A DNA stretch of 64,000 bases from an uncultured virus (IMG/VR IMGVR_UViG_3300028764_000001) (Duplodnaviria; Heunggongvirae; Uroviricota; Caudoviricetes): IMG/VR virus record IMGVR_UViG_3300028764_000001; one strand, 5' to 3'. A model generated the notes under the pieces. The model saw only the letters and a program-made list of their open reading frames with translations, ran no database searches and was not told the origin of the DNA. A program made the translations under genes and the position numbers. Below, in pieces: positions 19,816-30,359 of the stretch; position 1 is the first letter of the stretch; each line of letters begins with the position of its first letter.

Positions 19816-20198
19816 GATTAAAAGAATTGTTATCACTAATACAAGAGTCACTAATTGACTTACAGGTAGTGGAGGCTAATCTATATGCTGCAAAAGCTAA
19901 AGGTAAACATGGTCTACAGGACATCATGTCTAAAAGGGCTGCAATGGTTAAGTCAAAGATAAGAAGTTACCAAACAAAACTTCTCAACTATGGACATGGG
20001 AACATCCTACATATTAACTTTAGGGTGATTGAAGAAAATGATTTTAAGGTGCCTCAGGAATTTATTCATTACTATATTAATATAACAAGGGAAGAGGGGG
20101 AAGCTCTTTTAAACTATTGGGCAGATACCAAGGGCTTTAAAATACAAATCCTAGAGATTAAGGATATAGATACCCATAAATCCTATAAAAAGCTATAA
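19809..20198 (+). CDS. Hypothetical protein
   Basis: Overlapping operon ORF. Confidence 0.65.
   Translation: MVGLKELLSLIQESLIDLQVVEANLYAAKAKGKHGLQDIMSKRAAMVKSKIRSYQTKLLNYGHGNILHINFRVIEENDFKVPQEFIHYYINITREEGEALLNYWADTKGFKIQILEIKDIDTHKSYKKL

Positions 20199-20238
20199 TC
20201 ATATACTATAATACAAACCAATAAAAAACAACAACAAA

Positions 20239-20787
20239 ATGGCAAAATCTGAAGTTAAGGTAGCTACTCCAAAGGTAGACGAAGAATTATTATTAAAGAA
20301 CAAAAAGGCAACCAAAAAACTTGCTAAGTATTTTGAAGAAAACAAACTGGATCCTACAGTGGATTACACCAAAAGCAAAAAGCATGGTGAAGCAGTTCGG
20401 GCTTTAGTAGCAGTCATTAATTCCACCAGGGATAAAATCAATGCCACCGCACCTGCTGAAAAAGGTAAGGGTGAAAGAACCAAAGAAAAGGTTGCAAAAG
20501 AAGGTGAAAAACCAAAGGAAAAGAAAGCATCAGTTCTTGCCAAATACGACTACCCATTGGTAAATGGCAAAGAAATGACCTCGGGTGAAAAAAAGAAATA
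20601 CAGGGTTAAAATGCGTGCCGGTAACAAACCAGAAAAGGTAGAAAAGGTTACTGACAAAAAAGCTAAGACTTTGGTTGAAGCTAAGCCAGAAAAGAAATCG
20701 GTTAAAGTAGAAGCTCCTGCCGCTGAAGCTAAAAAAACGGATAAGAAATCTGACAAGAAAAAAAAGAAACATACCAAGGAAGATTAA
20239..20787 (+). CDS. Lys-rich, histone-H1-like basic protein
   Basis: K/E/A-rich; contains KYDYP...EKKKYRVKMR. Confidence 0.8.
   Translation: MAKSEVKVATPKVDEELLLKNKKATKKLAKYFEENKLDPTVDYTKSKKHGEAVRALVAVINSTRDKINATAPAEKGKGERTKEKVAKEGEKPKEKKASVLAKYDYPLVNGKEMTSGEKKKYRVKMRAGNKPEKVEKVTDKKAKTLVEAKPEKKSVKVEAPAAEAKKTDKKSDKKKKKHTKED

Positions 20788-20895
20788 ATCAACACGGTAA
20801 TAAATAGCCCGGTTCTTATCAAAGTATGAATCTCATTCTAACCCCCGACCGGAAATTGCACATGCTTTTTCCGGTCTTAGTATTTAACTAACATT

Positions 20896-21765
20896 ATGGA
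20901 CATAGCAAAAAAACTCCAGGAAACAGAAAACATATATAAGCCTAAACTCAGGGTGCAATACCTAAATGAGGATGGAACTATTCAATCAGACCGATTGGTA
21001 GACCAGGCAATAGAATTTACTAATGGTCCAAAACAAGGCCACACAGGACCTCTAAGAATTGAGGCCAGCCTAATGTGTCAACAGGATGTTGAGTCATTAA
21101 AAGGTTACTTGGATAGAGTATCTTCTGGCTTAACAAGTAAACAGGTAAACCCAAGAGGTAGAACTCCTAATGCAATAACTGAGTTCAATTCTCCAAGGGA
21201 AGAGATCCTAAGCCACATTGAAAACATAGTAAAAAATGATGGTAGGGATCAGGATGAGATTATAACCCAATTAAGGGGTTTAGGATTTGTATTCATGCTA
21301 ACAGAAGACTTCCTTACTTACTTCCCAGACTTCCCATTCAGAGACAGGGATATTGGAGAAGCTAGTACTACTGGTCAATACCCAGCATCACTACAATGGA
21401 TGGTAAGGTGCATCAAAAGGGCAAAGGATCCTAAAACAGATAAGTATGATCCTCAGATTATATTCGGCTTTCAAATAGTAGGAGAAAGGGAAGAGAAATT
21501 TGTTCCTTACTTATATAAAGAACGCAAAAAACCAATCAAGGCAAAAATACCAACTAAATATGCCCTATCATTTAACAACACTGAATTAACCAAGTTCCCT
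21601 AAGTACATGATTGAGGAAGAGAGATTAAAATTCTCTACCGAAATGAGACAACTAATTGCCAGTCCAGAAAGAAAACCAACTAAGTTCTTCATACGCTGGT
21701 ATCAGGATGTTATATTCTCAAGTACTTTAAAAGACCAAATGGCAGAAGCCTACGAACGACGTTAA
20896..21765 (+). CDS. Hypothetical protein
   Basis: 289-aa intact ORF; no motif recognised. Confidence 0.8.
   Translation: MDIAKKLQETENIYKPKLRVQYLNEDGTIQSDRLVDQAIEFTNGPKQGHTGPLRIEASLMCQQDVESLKGYLDRVSSGLTSKQVNPRGRTPNAITEFNSPREEILSHIENIVKNDGRDQDEIITQLRGLGFVFMLTEDFLTYFPDFPFRDRDIGEASTTGQYPASLQWMVRCIKRAKDPKTDKYDPQIIFGFQIVGEREEKFVPYLYKERKKPIKAKIPTKYALSFNNTELTKFPKYMIEEERLKFSTEMRQLIASPERKPTKFFIRWYQDVIFSSTLKDQMAEAYERR

Positions 21766-21776
21766 TCACACATAAA

Positions 21777-22232
21777 ATGGAACTACACTTTTCAGACCAA
21801 GAAATTAAAATACTAAAAGACATCTGCGATATTCAAATTATATCATTCTCAAATATTCTAAGAGGGAACCTATTAGCAGAGGATGAAGAACTACTATTGC
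21901 AGTACCAAGCTTCACTAGATATTGCCAAAAGGGAGGCAAAATGGAAGATAAGCCAATACACAGAACTAAGTAAGCAACCAATGTACTTGGGTATAATGGT
22001 TGAAAAAGATATTTCAATCATGAGGCATATCCTTTTCCACATGGAAGAAGTTTACATAGTAAAATACCCACAAGGGGTAAAAGACCTTTGGAATAAGTTC
22101 TTCTTAATTGAGGAAACAAGGAACCCCGAGATCAAATTATTAACTACTAATATTAAACATGATGAAAAAAGCAAAAAAGCAAAAAAAGCAAAGTATATCA
22201 GTAACAATCGAAAAGTTCTCTATGTCAGTTGA
21777..22232 (+). CDS. Hypothetical protein
   Basis: 151-aa ORF. Confidence 0.7.
   Translation: MELHFSDQEIKILKDICDIQIISFSNILRGNLLAEDEELLLQYQASLDIAKREAKWKISQYTELSKQPMYLGIMVEKDISIMRHILFHMEEVYIVKYPQGVKDLWNKFFLIEETRNPEIKLLTTNIKHDEKSKKAKKAKYISNNRKVLYVS

Positions 22233-22494
22233 TTTGCCAAAACAAAAAAGGCAAGTAGTTGGGGGTTTCCCATTAAGTGAATTTACAAAAACAGAATCAT
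22301 CTAATATAACATCGGTATTCCATGATGGTAAATCCTGCCTATATATCCAATTCCACAATGGCAAGGTATATAAATATAGTGTATCCTCCACGGGTTATAA
22401 ACAACTCCTTGAAGCCCAATCAATAGGCAAGTTTTTCTTCCAATACATAAAAGATAAATGCTCCTTTGAAGAAGTTGATATTAAACTAGAATAG
22159..22494 (+). CDS. KTSC domain protein
   Basis: ESSNITSVFHD...LYIQFHNGKVYKY...LLEAQSIGKFFFQYIK. Confidence 0.85.
   Translation: MMKKAKKQKKQSISVTIEKFSMSVDLPKQKRQVVGGFPLSEFTKTESSNITSVFHDGKSCLYIQFHNGKVYKYSVSSTGYKQLLEAQSIGKFFFQYIKDKCSFEEVDIKLE

Positions 22495-22529
22495 ATGCTA
22501 GGCATACCCTTATAAACCTTTTTTAATTT

Positions 22530-22560
22530 ATTGTATATTCAATATATTGTATTATATTTG
22530..22560 (+). promoter_or_regulatory. Bacteroidetes sigma-A-type promoter
   Basis: TTG, 19-nt spacer, TATATTTG at 22553-22560. 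Confidence 0.8.

Positions 22561-22582
22561 CAAATAATTAATAATTTAATTT

Positions 22583-22882
22583 ATGCAAAACAGTAACCAC
22601 ATCAAGGATCACAAAGGGAAGATTGCTATGTTAGTAATAGTGGCTGTATTTTCAATCATCAGCTCAAAGAAAGCAGACTATACTCAGGGTTATAATTTCC
22701 CCAAGCCAGACCCTTCTAGGGGTGCAGCTTGGGGCTACGACCCTAAAACTAAAGACTATCGCTATGAAAGCCATTGGCATGGACCTTTACCTAAGCAGGT
22801 AAAACCATCAGCCAAAGACACAACAGATTATGACAGTAGTGATATTGACAATATAATAGATGACATTGAAAGTAGCCGATAG
22583..22882 (+). CDS. Hypothetical membrane-anchored protein
   Basis: Hydrophobic IAMLVIVAVFSII segment near the N-terminus. Confidence 0.65.
   Translation: MQNSNHIKDHKGKIAMLVIVAVFSIISSKKADYTQGYNFPKPDPSRGAAWGYDPKTKDYRYESHWHGPLPKQVKPSAKDTTDYDSSDIDNIIDDIESSR

Positions 22883-22921
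22883 GCTAATCCACCCTAATAC
22901 CATAGTAAATTTGTATTTTAT

Positions 22922-22952
22922 AGTATATATTGAAAAAATAGTATTATCTTTG
22922..22952 (+). promoter_or_regulatory. Bacteroidetes sigma-A-type promoter
   Basis: TATCTTTG at 22945-22952. Confidence 0.7.

Positions 22953-22980
22953 TTTATTCAAATAATTAAAAAATCAATTT

Positions 22981-23355
22981 ATGAAAACAACAACTGAAGT
23001 ACCTACTACCACAAAGGTAAAGGCTTCCAAAAAGGCTTTAGTACTTGAAGCACAAAAGGCAATTGAAAAGAAGGCTGACAAAAAAGCCACAGTGATTAAA
23101 GAAGTAACACCAACTAACAAAGCAACATTGGTGGAGTCAGTAATCTCAAACCGGGAGGTTAAATACATCTATCCTGAAGATGTGGTTGATACCTTATCAC
23201 GTAAATCCTGGAGACAAAAAATCCGTAACCAACTGGACAAGCTGGAAAGGGATATGCTACGTATCAAGGACCAAGAATCAAAAGAATATCGCCGGGCAAA
23301 GAAAGCTTATCTTTCATACCAGTCAACAGTAATGAAAATTGGTAATGCATCCTAA
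22981..23355 (+). CDS. Basic early protein (KYIYP...RKSWRQKIRN motif)
   Basis: Has its own promoter and a downstream hairpin (23372-23407). Confidence 0.8.
   Translation: MKTTTEVPTTTKVKASKKALVLEAQKAIEKKADKKATVIKEVTPTNKATLVESVISNREVKYIYPEDVVDTLSRKSWRQKIRNQLDKLERDMLRIKDQESKEYRRAKKAYLSYQSTVMKIGNAS

Positions 23356-23459
23356 TCTGCTTTTACCTTAATGCTCGGGTTTAGGGTAATTCCTAATGCC
23401 TGAGCAATTACTATTCTCAGACTTATTTCTCTATATCTATAATTATTGACCACTATATC

Positions 23460-23732
23460 ATGCTTGACAAAAAGGAAATACTAAAGACGCGAAAGGACCT
23501 GATTGAGCTCCATAAAAGGTGCTTACTCACTCACTTCACTCAAAGATCACTAAAAGCTAAACACAGGAAAAGATTCTTTAAACTTTATGACTTATATGTC
23601 ACACCCACTAATATCCAATACTACTTCTTCAGGGACTTAGAGTTATTTGTATATGCCCTAGTAACCGATAGGCTGGACGAGATATCAGATTACTTCCCTA
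23701 AACGTAAGGTTAAACGAAAAAAGAATAAGTAA
23460..23732 (+). CDS. Hypothetical protein
   Basis: 90-aa basic ORF. Confidence 0.65.
   Translation: MLDKKEILKTRKDLIELHKRCLLTHFTQRSLKAKHRKRFFKLYDLYVTPTNIQYYFFRDLELFVYALVTDRLDEISDYFPKRKVKRKKNK

Positions 23733-23733
23733 T

Positions 23734-24135
23734 ATGTACCCAGAAGTAATCAAACACACTTACTTAAATAAATCACAGCTTAACATAAGGGATCAGTATG
23801 GTAACACCCTACCTTATGAATCAGAGATTGGTGATTATGCTGATACTAATGGAAACCAATCAGACATGCCAGATTCTGACTTTGTCCCAGACTACCACAT
23901 AGAAGGGTTCTTTAGACAAATGCCAGAAGGTAAACAAAGTGAATTTATCATTGCATACCCAGGAAATTGTACAATGTATATAACTGGAGTACCAAGAAAT
24001 GCACTAACTATAGAGCCATTCAGAATGGGCTCAGTCAAAAGTAAAATCTACAGCTCATATTGGGAAGACCCAAACAGAGGCTACTTATTCCAAATCATTA
24101 TAAAACCCCAAACTAAACAAGTATTTATACCATGA
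23734..24135 (+). CDS. Hypothetical protein
   Basis: Operon ORF. Confidence 0.7.
   Translation: MYPEVIKHTYLNKSQLNIRDQYGNTLPYESEIGDYADTNGNQSDMPDSDFVPDYHIEGFFRQMPEGKQSEFIIAYPGNCTMYITGVPRNALTIEPFRMGSVKSKIYSSYWEDPNRGYLFQIIIKPQTKQVFIP

Positions 24136-24488
24136 AGACAACTAAGCAATATGTAGGGCAATTTAGACTTGATCAAGAGAACTTCCAGTTTAACCGAGAA
24201 GAATTTCTTGCAATGTTAAACCAAGAATTTCTAGGAAAAATAGGTGTACTCCAATTGGGGGTCATAACCTACCCCAAGTTCAGGAACTGCGTTAAAGAAA
24301 TTGAAACAAAGTTCTGGGCAATATCAAATAAAAAGGTAGGTCAACCATTCTCAGATAAGCTATGGTCTGCTTTCTTTGCAGTATATGTTATAAAAGTAAG
24401 GGCAGAACTATTCCCTGATATTGAGAAAAGCATCACGGAGAAAAGAGAACAACACATTGCTAGAAGAGAGGCAACAATGACAACATGA
24132..24488 (+). CDS. Hypothetical protein
   Basis: ATGA overlap. 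Confidence 0.7.
   Translation: MKTTKQYVGQFRLDQENFQFNREEFLAMLNQEFLGKIGVLQLGVITYPKFRNCVKEIETKFWAISNKKVGQPFSDKLWSAFFAVYVIKVRAELFPDIEKSITEKREQHIARREATMTT

Positions 24489-24778
24489 AAAAACGTATAA
24501 TAGAAGACCTACATGGTCATATCTTTGAAATGGGGGCTTATAGCATCATGGATGTTATACCCCCACCCAATACCTTTGGGGTAAACGAGAATAGGGTCTT
24601 TGACAGGGATATAACATCACAGACATCCTTCATATTAATAAATTATGGAGAGAATAAGGAGAGCTTTGCTTATACCTTTTATGAGAACAGGGTTTATGTA
24701 TATGGGCTATTAACCATTATAGGTTATAATCAGAAAAACGATATAAGACATGTCAAAGAAAAAAGTTACAGAGGTTAA
24485..24778 (+). CDS. Hypothetical protein
   Basis: ATGA overlap. Confidence 0.65.
   Translation: MKKRIIEDLHGHIFEMGAYSIMDVIPPPNTFGVNENRVFDRDITSQTSFILINYGENKESFAYTFYENRVYVYGLLTIIGYNQKNDIRHVKEKSYRG

Positions 24779-25670
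24779 GGAGGTAAAGTACCACTCAGAT
24801 GGTAAAGTAAGGTTACCAAGGGCATTCGGTATAACACAGTTGATGGCCCCCTATTCTAAACTACCAGAACCCCAACAGTTAGAACTCTTAACAAAGGTCC
24901 AGGATTATGTAATACAACAATGGTTCTTGGGTAATGGTAACCTATGTGGGTTAAGCTTAAGTACTTATGCCTTAGCTAATTTCCTACATTGTGAACCAGA
25001 TAGAGTACAACTATTTATGAGGGACAGGGTACTATCAGCAAAGATATGGGACTCTAGTAAACAAAAAGAACTACTGGAAGGTATACTTGGTCAACAACTA
25101 TCTTGGGTACTAGAAGATAGGATGGAAGCCCAGAGCCAACTAGATTTACTTAAAAGGGCACAGGGTGATACTTACAAAGCTTTTATATCTGGAGAGGTTA
25201 ACAAAGCAATTAAACTTAAATTAGAATCCAGTACTGCACTGCAATCAGTATTTAGAAGTATAGCCGGTGGAAGTACAGTTAATGTATTTAATCAATTAAA
25301 CGTACAGAACAATGGGAACCCAGCAGCATCAGGTGTAACCCAGGCAGAAGCTCTAGCAATTATTGATGAAAATTATTCATTATTAGCACTTGAAAAAGGG
25401 GCAAAGCTTTACTTGGAAGAACACTATGAACTAGATGAATTGCCAGTAGTAGTTGCGGGAGAGCAATCAGGTATAAATACTGACAAAGAAGGTTTAAAAA
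25501 TAATGAGAAAAGATATTGCCAAGGTAGTTGATAATTATAAGGCTAATTTGGATGGAGGCGGGAATGATGAAGACTTCCATGATCTTAGAAGGGAGGTTGA
25601 ATTAAGTATTGATGAAGATGAAGAAGACCCAGAATTTATTGACTATGAAGATGAATCTGATGAAGATTGA
24750..25670 (+). CDS. Hypothetical protein with acidic C-terminus
   Basis: 306-aa ORF ending at a terminator. Confidence 0.75.
   Translation: MSKKKVTEVKEVKYHSDGKVRLPRAFGITQLMAPYSKLPEPQQLELLTKVQDYVIQQWFLGNGNLCGLSLSTYALANFLHCEPDRVQLFMRDRVLSAKIWDSSKQKELLEGILGQQLSWVLEDRMEAQSQLDLLKRAQGDTYKAFISGEVNKAIKLKLESSTALQSVFRSIAGGSTVNVFNQLNVQNNGNPAASGVTQAEALAIIDENYSLLALEKGAKLYLEEHYELDELPVVVAGEQSGINTDKEGLKIMRKDIAKVVDNYKANLDGGGNDEDFHDLRREVELSIDEDEEDPEFIDYEDESDED

Positions 25671-25685
25671 TTATCATTGACAACC

Positions 25686-25719
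25686 AAGCCCCATCTCTTA
25701 ACCTAGATGGGGCTTCTTT
25686..25719 (+). terminator. Intrinsic terminator
   Basis: aagccccatct...agatggggctt followed by cttt. Confidence 0.8.

Positions 25720-25734
25720 ATGTTATATAGGGTA

Positions 25735-25765
25735 ATTGCATATTGAAATAAAATGATTATATTTG
25735..25765 (+). promoter_or_regulatory. Bacteroidetes sigma-A-type promoter
   Basis: TTG...TATATTTG at 25758-25765. Confidence 0.8.

Positions 25766-25796
25766 CATATTAATAATTAAATAAAAAATAAAGCCC

Positions 25797-26438
25797 ATGA
25801 ACGCAGACCAATTAAGCTTAATCAAACATTACCTAAAAGCTGGTATGAATCTTCACCTAAGATTCTATACTGGACCCATGCATGGTACAAGGGAAGTTAC
25901 CCCAGTAAAAATACTCAAATTAGTATTTGAAAACAAAGGGTACTGGTTTAAAACAGATGGAGGTGACTTCCTTACGTACAGTACACCCCTTACCAGTATA
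26001 GCAATTGAAGTTGCAGGGAGTTATCAACCTCTATTTGATACTAATGGTAATACCCTAATAAGGCAAAGCCCAATGGATAAATTCACAGCAACCTACTACC
26101 ACTATATTGTATCACAATTTGATTTGGTAAGACCTGGTAGTATGGTAATCATTGACAACATTAATTACAAAGCATTAGGCAGGGTAATTAACAAAGGTAA
26201 CTATGGTGATCTAATGCCCATATTCCAGGACATCCATAAAAAGAAACTAAAGAACTTATCCCATGTAGATATGAAAGATACTGGGATAACACCAGATGAT
26301 ATTATCTTCGATGTAGTGGTAATAAAAATGAAACTGGAAGAAAGGCTATCTGGGATGCCAAAGGTAACTGACATAACCTTTATAGTACCCTTCAATATGG
26401 TATCAGAACTAGGTTTTACAATAACAGAATTAATTTAA
25797..26438 (+). CDS. Hypothetical early protein
   Basis: 213-aa ORF after a promoter. Confidence 0.75.
   Translation: MNADQLSLIKHYLKAGMNLHLRFYTGPMHGTREVTPVKILKLVFENKGYWFKTDGGDFLTYSTPLTSIAIEVAGSYQPLFDTNGNTLIRQSPMDKFTATYYHYIVSQFDLVRPGSMVIIDNINYKALGRVINKGNYGDLMPIFQDIHKKKLKNLSHVDMKDTGITPDDIIFDVVVIKMKLEERLSGMPKVTDITFIVPFNMVSELGFTITELI

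Positions 26439-26443
26439 AGACA

Positions 26444-27139
26444 ATGAGTAAAAGAGACAGAGACTGGACTATGCCAGTATTAATTGCATTTAACAAAGGG
26501 GAATGGACAGGTTATGAATTACTTATGAGAGCTATTGAAAGGATGACCTCAGTATGCAGCATACCCAAGTATGAACTATTTAAAAAAGTATTAAAGGAGT
26601 ACCACAAGTACAGGTCAATATATGATATGGACCATAATTCACCTTCACTATTAATATGCAGGATGCTTAGCCTTGCTAAAACATGTACTATGTTAACAGT
26701 GCCACAAACTGAACTAGATATCAGGAATATTATGTCGGATATAACCCTGCCATACCATGCAAATTCAAGGTACCCAATTTTACCTAATCTTATGCTAGAA
26801 CACCTGGGTAAACTATTTGATGATTCTACCATGTATATAAATAAAAATATACTTGGCCCTGATCAATCCTTTTCTGATATAAAGGAGATATTTATAAGGA
26901 ACTTCTCTATCAGCTATTTTTCCAACTGGCAGAATAACATAGTAGAGCCAAGGCCCTGGATATTATTATGCATAGAACAAATACTGCTAGTAGTCCCAGA
27001 TAATAGTAAATTAGCCTGCTCAAATTTGATCAATCGATCAGCAGAAGAAATAGCAAAAGACCCAAGAACTTTTGCTAATACTACTTCTATGCAACCCAGT
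27101 ATAGTATCAAGATTCTGGTATGCTTTAGGCTTTAGATAA
26444..27139 (+). CDS. Hypothetical early protein
   Basis: 231-aa ORF. Confidence 0.7.
   Translation: MSKRDRDWTMPVLIAFNKGEWTGYELLMRAIERMTSVCSIPKYELFKKVLKEYHKYRSIYDMDHNSPSLLICRMLSLAKTCTMLTVPQTELDIRNIMSDITLPYHANSRYPILPNLMLEHLGKLFDDSTMYINKNILGPDQSFSDIKEIFIRNFSISYFSNWQNNIVEPRPWILLCIEQILLVVPDNSKLACSNLINRSAEEIAKDPRTFANTTSMQPSIVSRFWYALGFR

Positions 27140-27178
27140 TACACCTTGCAATGGGCTCTAATTTAGTTATTAGAGTTC

Positions 27179-27209
27179 ATTGCATATTAATATAAATGTA
27201 TTATATTTG
27179..27209 (+). promoter_or_regulatory. Bacteroidetes sigma-A-type promoter, preceded by hairpin 27147-27184
   Basis: TTG...TATATTTG at 27202-27209. Confidence 0.8.

Positions 27210-27237
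27210 CATTCAATCAATTTTAAATATAAACACA

Positions 27238-27441
27238 ATGGCCGCATTTAAAGTCAAATTTCATGGTATATCTAAATCATTAAGCCAGCCTTATATAAGC
27301 ATGGCAGTTCCTGGTAAGCTTAGGCAACGTAAACTATCTCCAGTAGAGATAAAAACACACATAGAATGTAATTCCTTAGAAGACGTTCTACCTACACTAG
27401 AAAAGTATTATACAAACATCACAGGACTAAAAATTAAATAA
27238..27441 (+). CDS. Hypothetical protein
   Basis: Start moved to ATG 27238, downstream of the promoter. Confidence 0.65.
   Translation: MAAFKVKFHGISKSLSQPYISMAVPGKLRQRKLSPVEIKTHIECNSLEDVLPTLEKYYTNITGLKIK

Positions 27442-27442
27442 C

Positions 27443-28069
27443 ATGGCACAATGTAAATATTGCTACCAAGATCTTGAAACACCCAATGTAGAAACATGCC
27501 CTAATTGTTCAGATGCTATTTACCAACTTACTGAGGTTGGAATATCCTCTGAAATTGCTGGTATAGCATTTAGAACCTTACTCAGAATTGGTTATGGAAA
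27601 ACCTACAGAAAAAGAAATTGAACACAAACACAGAGGTATAATAATAGTAGGCCATAAATCAGGCTCCTGGGGTATCTCTGGGGGTATGGTTAGAAGTTTA
27701 GCTCAACCCCATCAACCCCATCAACCAGACTCAATGGACCCTGGTATCCATGGTATGCCCCTAGAGCACACCATATTGATAGGTGGATTTGGTACTGACC
27801 TATTGGGAATAATGGAGAGAGCAGAACTATTCCACCCAGACTTTAGAGACTATGAATTAGAAGCGCCCACATTACACATATCACCCCAGACTACGGAAAC
27901 TTTAAAGGCAGCCAGTAACAAGTTAATAGAAATAGGTCAGAAATTTGAAGAACTTCACTTCTCAAAAATTGATTTTGAAGTACCACAACCAAAAGAAATT
28001 TACCCACACAAATTACAGGAAAGAAAATACATGCCAAACAAAACCTATAAAAACAAAAAACGCAAATGA
27443..28069 (+). CDS. Hypothetical protein with N-terminal zinc ribbon
   Basis: CKYC...CPNC. Confidence 0.7.
   Translation: MAQCKYCYQDLETPNVETCPNCSDAIYQLTEVGISSEIAGIAFRTLLRIGYGKPTEKEIEHKHRGIIIVGHKSGSWGISGGMVRSLAQPHQPHQPDSMDPGIHGMPLEHTILIGGFGTDLLGIMERAELFHPDFRDYELEAPTLHISPQTTETLKAASNKLIEIGQKFEELHFSKIDFEVPQPKEIYPHKLQERKYMPNKTYKNKKRK

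Positions 28070-28740
28070 ATGACTCCAATGAAAATTTAAAAGTAAAAGA
28101 GATCACTGTAATGTCCAAGACATTTCTTGATCTACCATCAGTAGTTGCTGACATCAATTTCCAGATAAACCTTAGTAAAGAACTATCAAGGCTATCAGCA
28201 AACAGTACTAATGCCCAGGTGCAAATTAACGAAAAGAGGAGTAAGCTTATTAATGAAGGTAAGATCTCCAATGCTCATACCTTAAGACTAAAGAGAACTA
28301 CCTATGATACCTTTGAAGAACTGGGCTATCTAGGTAATGATAAATTCTCTGAAGAGTACATCTTAATCTCTGAAAAGAAATCCAAACTACCTTCTGTCCA
28401 AAGAGAACTAATTATTGATACCTGCAACAATGCTATCAGGAAAATGGTTGCAGGCTACTCAATAAGGTTATACGTTGGGATGAACTTTGGAACTAAGAAC
28501 TCTTCAGCTAGGGGTTATATCCAGGATATAAATCAGGAAGGTAATACCATCCATATTGAACGTACAACTAGGACACTTAACCCAGATGGTAATATGTATA
28601 GTACCAAACTTGAGAAATGGGACCTAAAGAAAACTATCGAAAGCTTTCAATCAGGCAGGTACTATGCTAAAGATGGGAGTAAATTTATTGAAGCTGGTTT
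28701 TCCACCTAAAGACATTGATCCAAATGACCAACCTAAGTAA
28066..28740 (+). CDS. Hypothetical protein
   Basis: ATGA overlap, 224 aa. Confidence 0.7.
   Translation: MNDSNENLKVKEITVMSKTFLDLPSVVADINFQINLSKELSRLSANSTNAQVQINEKRSKLINEGKISNAHTLRLKRTTYDTFEELGYLGNDKFSEEYILISEKKSKLPSVQRELIIDTCNNAIRKMVAGYSIRLYVGMNFGTKNSSARGYIQDINQEGNTIHIERTTRTLNPDGNMYSTKLEKWDLKKTIESFQSGRYYAKDGSKFIEAGFPPKDIDPNDQPK

Positions 28741-28789
28741 AAAATACAGCAACCTTGCTAAGATAGTAAGGATAAATAACCATAATGAT

Positions 28790-29245
28790 ATGAAAAGGTA
28801 TCCCACCACTGGTACACCAGAAGATGAGGCAGTAAGACTAATCAATAAATTCATATGCTTTGCTCCTGACCTACAAAGGGCTAAACAATGTGCTATTGCT
28901 TGCATACAGGAAAAAGAGAGATCCTTAACTGAGTATGGCCAGAATAGCATGGAATTACAAAACATGGACTTCGAATGGAGGTTCCTAGATAAATGTAAAG
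29001 AAGCTATAGCTAAATGGGAACCTGGTGAAAAGAGCCCTACATTAAGAGCTTCATACAGGGATATGGAACACCAGTTACAGCAGAACCACATAGTAAAACA
29101 TCAACTTGATATGGTATATGCAGCAGGGCAGGAATCCATTGAGGTAGTATTAAATCCAAGGCAGTACTCACTAGAACCTAAAGATGCCATCTTAGATAAA
29201 GCCCTAAAAGCAATGTCTGCATGGTTACTATATCAACTTCACTAA
28790..29245 (+). CDS. Hypothetical protein
   Basis: Likely start ATG 28790 within ORF 28664. Confidence 0.65.
   Translation: MKRYPTTGTPEDEAVRLINKFICFAPDLQRAKQCAIACIQEKERSLTEYGQNSMELQNMDFEWRFLDKCKEAIAKWEPGEKSPTLRASYRDMEHQLQQNHIVKHQLDMVYAAGQESIEVVLNPRQYSLEPKDAILDKALKAMSAWLLYQLH

Positions 29246-29258
29246 GCCTTTTTATAAT

Positions 29259-29289
29259 TTTGATTATTGAATAAAATGTATTATATTTG
29259..29289 (+). promoter_or_regulatory. Bacteroidetes sigma-A-type promoter
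   Basis: TTTG (29259), 19-nt spacer, TATATTTG (29282). Confidence 0.85.

Positions 29290-29312
29290 TGAATCATTTA
29301 AAATATAAAAAT

Positions 29313-29657
29313 ATGAATAGCGAATCACGGAACATCTACCTAATCACTACTTACCATCTAGCTTTTCATAAAGTAAAGCTAGAAGCTATAGTCCTACCAG
29401 AGGAATTGAGGAACAACATAAACCTATTAGTTGCTACCTGGGCCCATGCTAATATGAAATTACCAAAAATAAAAAGGCTATATGAACATTACCAAGTAGT
29501 GAACTTGGTTAATTCTATATGTACCATACATGTAATGGAACAAGGAGAAACACAGGATGACTTCTCTGGCCTAATAGAACTCAACACAACAAGGCATAGC
29601 AAACTCAATGGTAATGCAGTATTCAACTATATAAAAGAACTCAACAATCAAAAATAA
29313..29657 (+). CDS. Hypothetical early protein
   Basis: Start ATG 29313 after the promoter. Confidence 0.65.
   Translation: MNSESRNIYLITTYHLAFHKVKLEAIVLPEELRNNINLLVATWAHANMKLPKIKRLYEHYQVVNLVNSICTIHVMEQGETQDDFSGLIELNTTRHSKLNGNAVFNYIKELNNQK

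Positions 29658-29660
29658 ATC

Positions 29661-29915
29661 ATGAAAGAAGCTATTATTCAAGAACTAATATGGGTTAAGG
29701 CCAATATAGTTAAACCAGAGGTATTATACTCAGATGAGCATACCATATCTACATTAATTGCTACTAGCGAAATTGGTGATATAATTGCCTCTCATATATA
29801 TGAAAATGATACCTATGAGTTAAGGGCAGAACTAGAATCAGGTGTACAGGACCCAGACAACATCACCTATCAAGTAATCACAAAAGAGACATATAATTTA
29901 CTAACCACTGATTAA
29661..29915 (+). CDS. Hypothetical acidic protein
   Basis: Operon ORF. Confidence 0.65.
   Translation: MKEAIIQELIWVKANIVKPEVLYSDEHTISTLIATSEIGDIIASHIYENDTYELRAELESGVQDPDNITYQVITKETYNLLTTD

Positions 29916-29928
29916 AAGCGACAACATT

Positions 29929-30117
29929 ATGGCAAAGAGATCACCAAAAACAGGAAAAGGCTTCAGCTTAGACTGCAGCTATTATGATAAGGAATTTGAC
30001 ACAGTAGAAGAATTGGTAGAATCCTGCATGGACTCAGGAATGGACCCCAATTACACTATTACAAGAGATGGCAAACTAACACCAGATACTTTAATCGACC
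30101 AATACCCAGCAGAATAA
29929..30117 (+). CDS. Hypothetical protein
   Basis: 62-aa ORF with A-rich leader. Confidence 0.65.
   Translation: MAKRSPKTGKGFSLDCSYYDKEFDTVEELVESCMDSGMDPNYTITRDGKLTPDTLIDQYPAE

Positions 30118-30118
30118 C

Positions 30119-30358
30119 ATGAAAAAAATATTTATCCTAATAGGGCTAATAGCCTTAACTGCTAGTTCACCAATCCACGTAGCACAAGGTGGATTCTTTG
30201 CTGTAGAAATGACAACATTTAAAGTTAATGATATGACATATGGAGTATTCTATTCAAACTCCACTAGAAGTCGTACTTCTGCTTCACCTTGCGTAGTAAA
30301 CATTACCAAGGACCAACTCGAATGCAACTACCTTCGTAAACAACTTAACAAAAAATAA
30119..30358 (+). CDS. Small secreted/periplasmic protein
   Basis: Signal-peptide-like MKKIFILIGLIALTA. Confidence 0.65.
   Translation: MKKIFILIGLIALTASSPIHVAQGGFFAVEMTTFKVNDMTYGVFYSNSTRSRTSASPCVVNITKDQLECNYLRKQLNKK

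Positions 30359-30359
30359 C

Noticed and set aside
24750..25670. Terminase small subunit
   Set aside because: A helical N-terminus and acidic tail are compatible, but there is no recognisable motif and it is far from terL.
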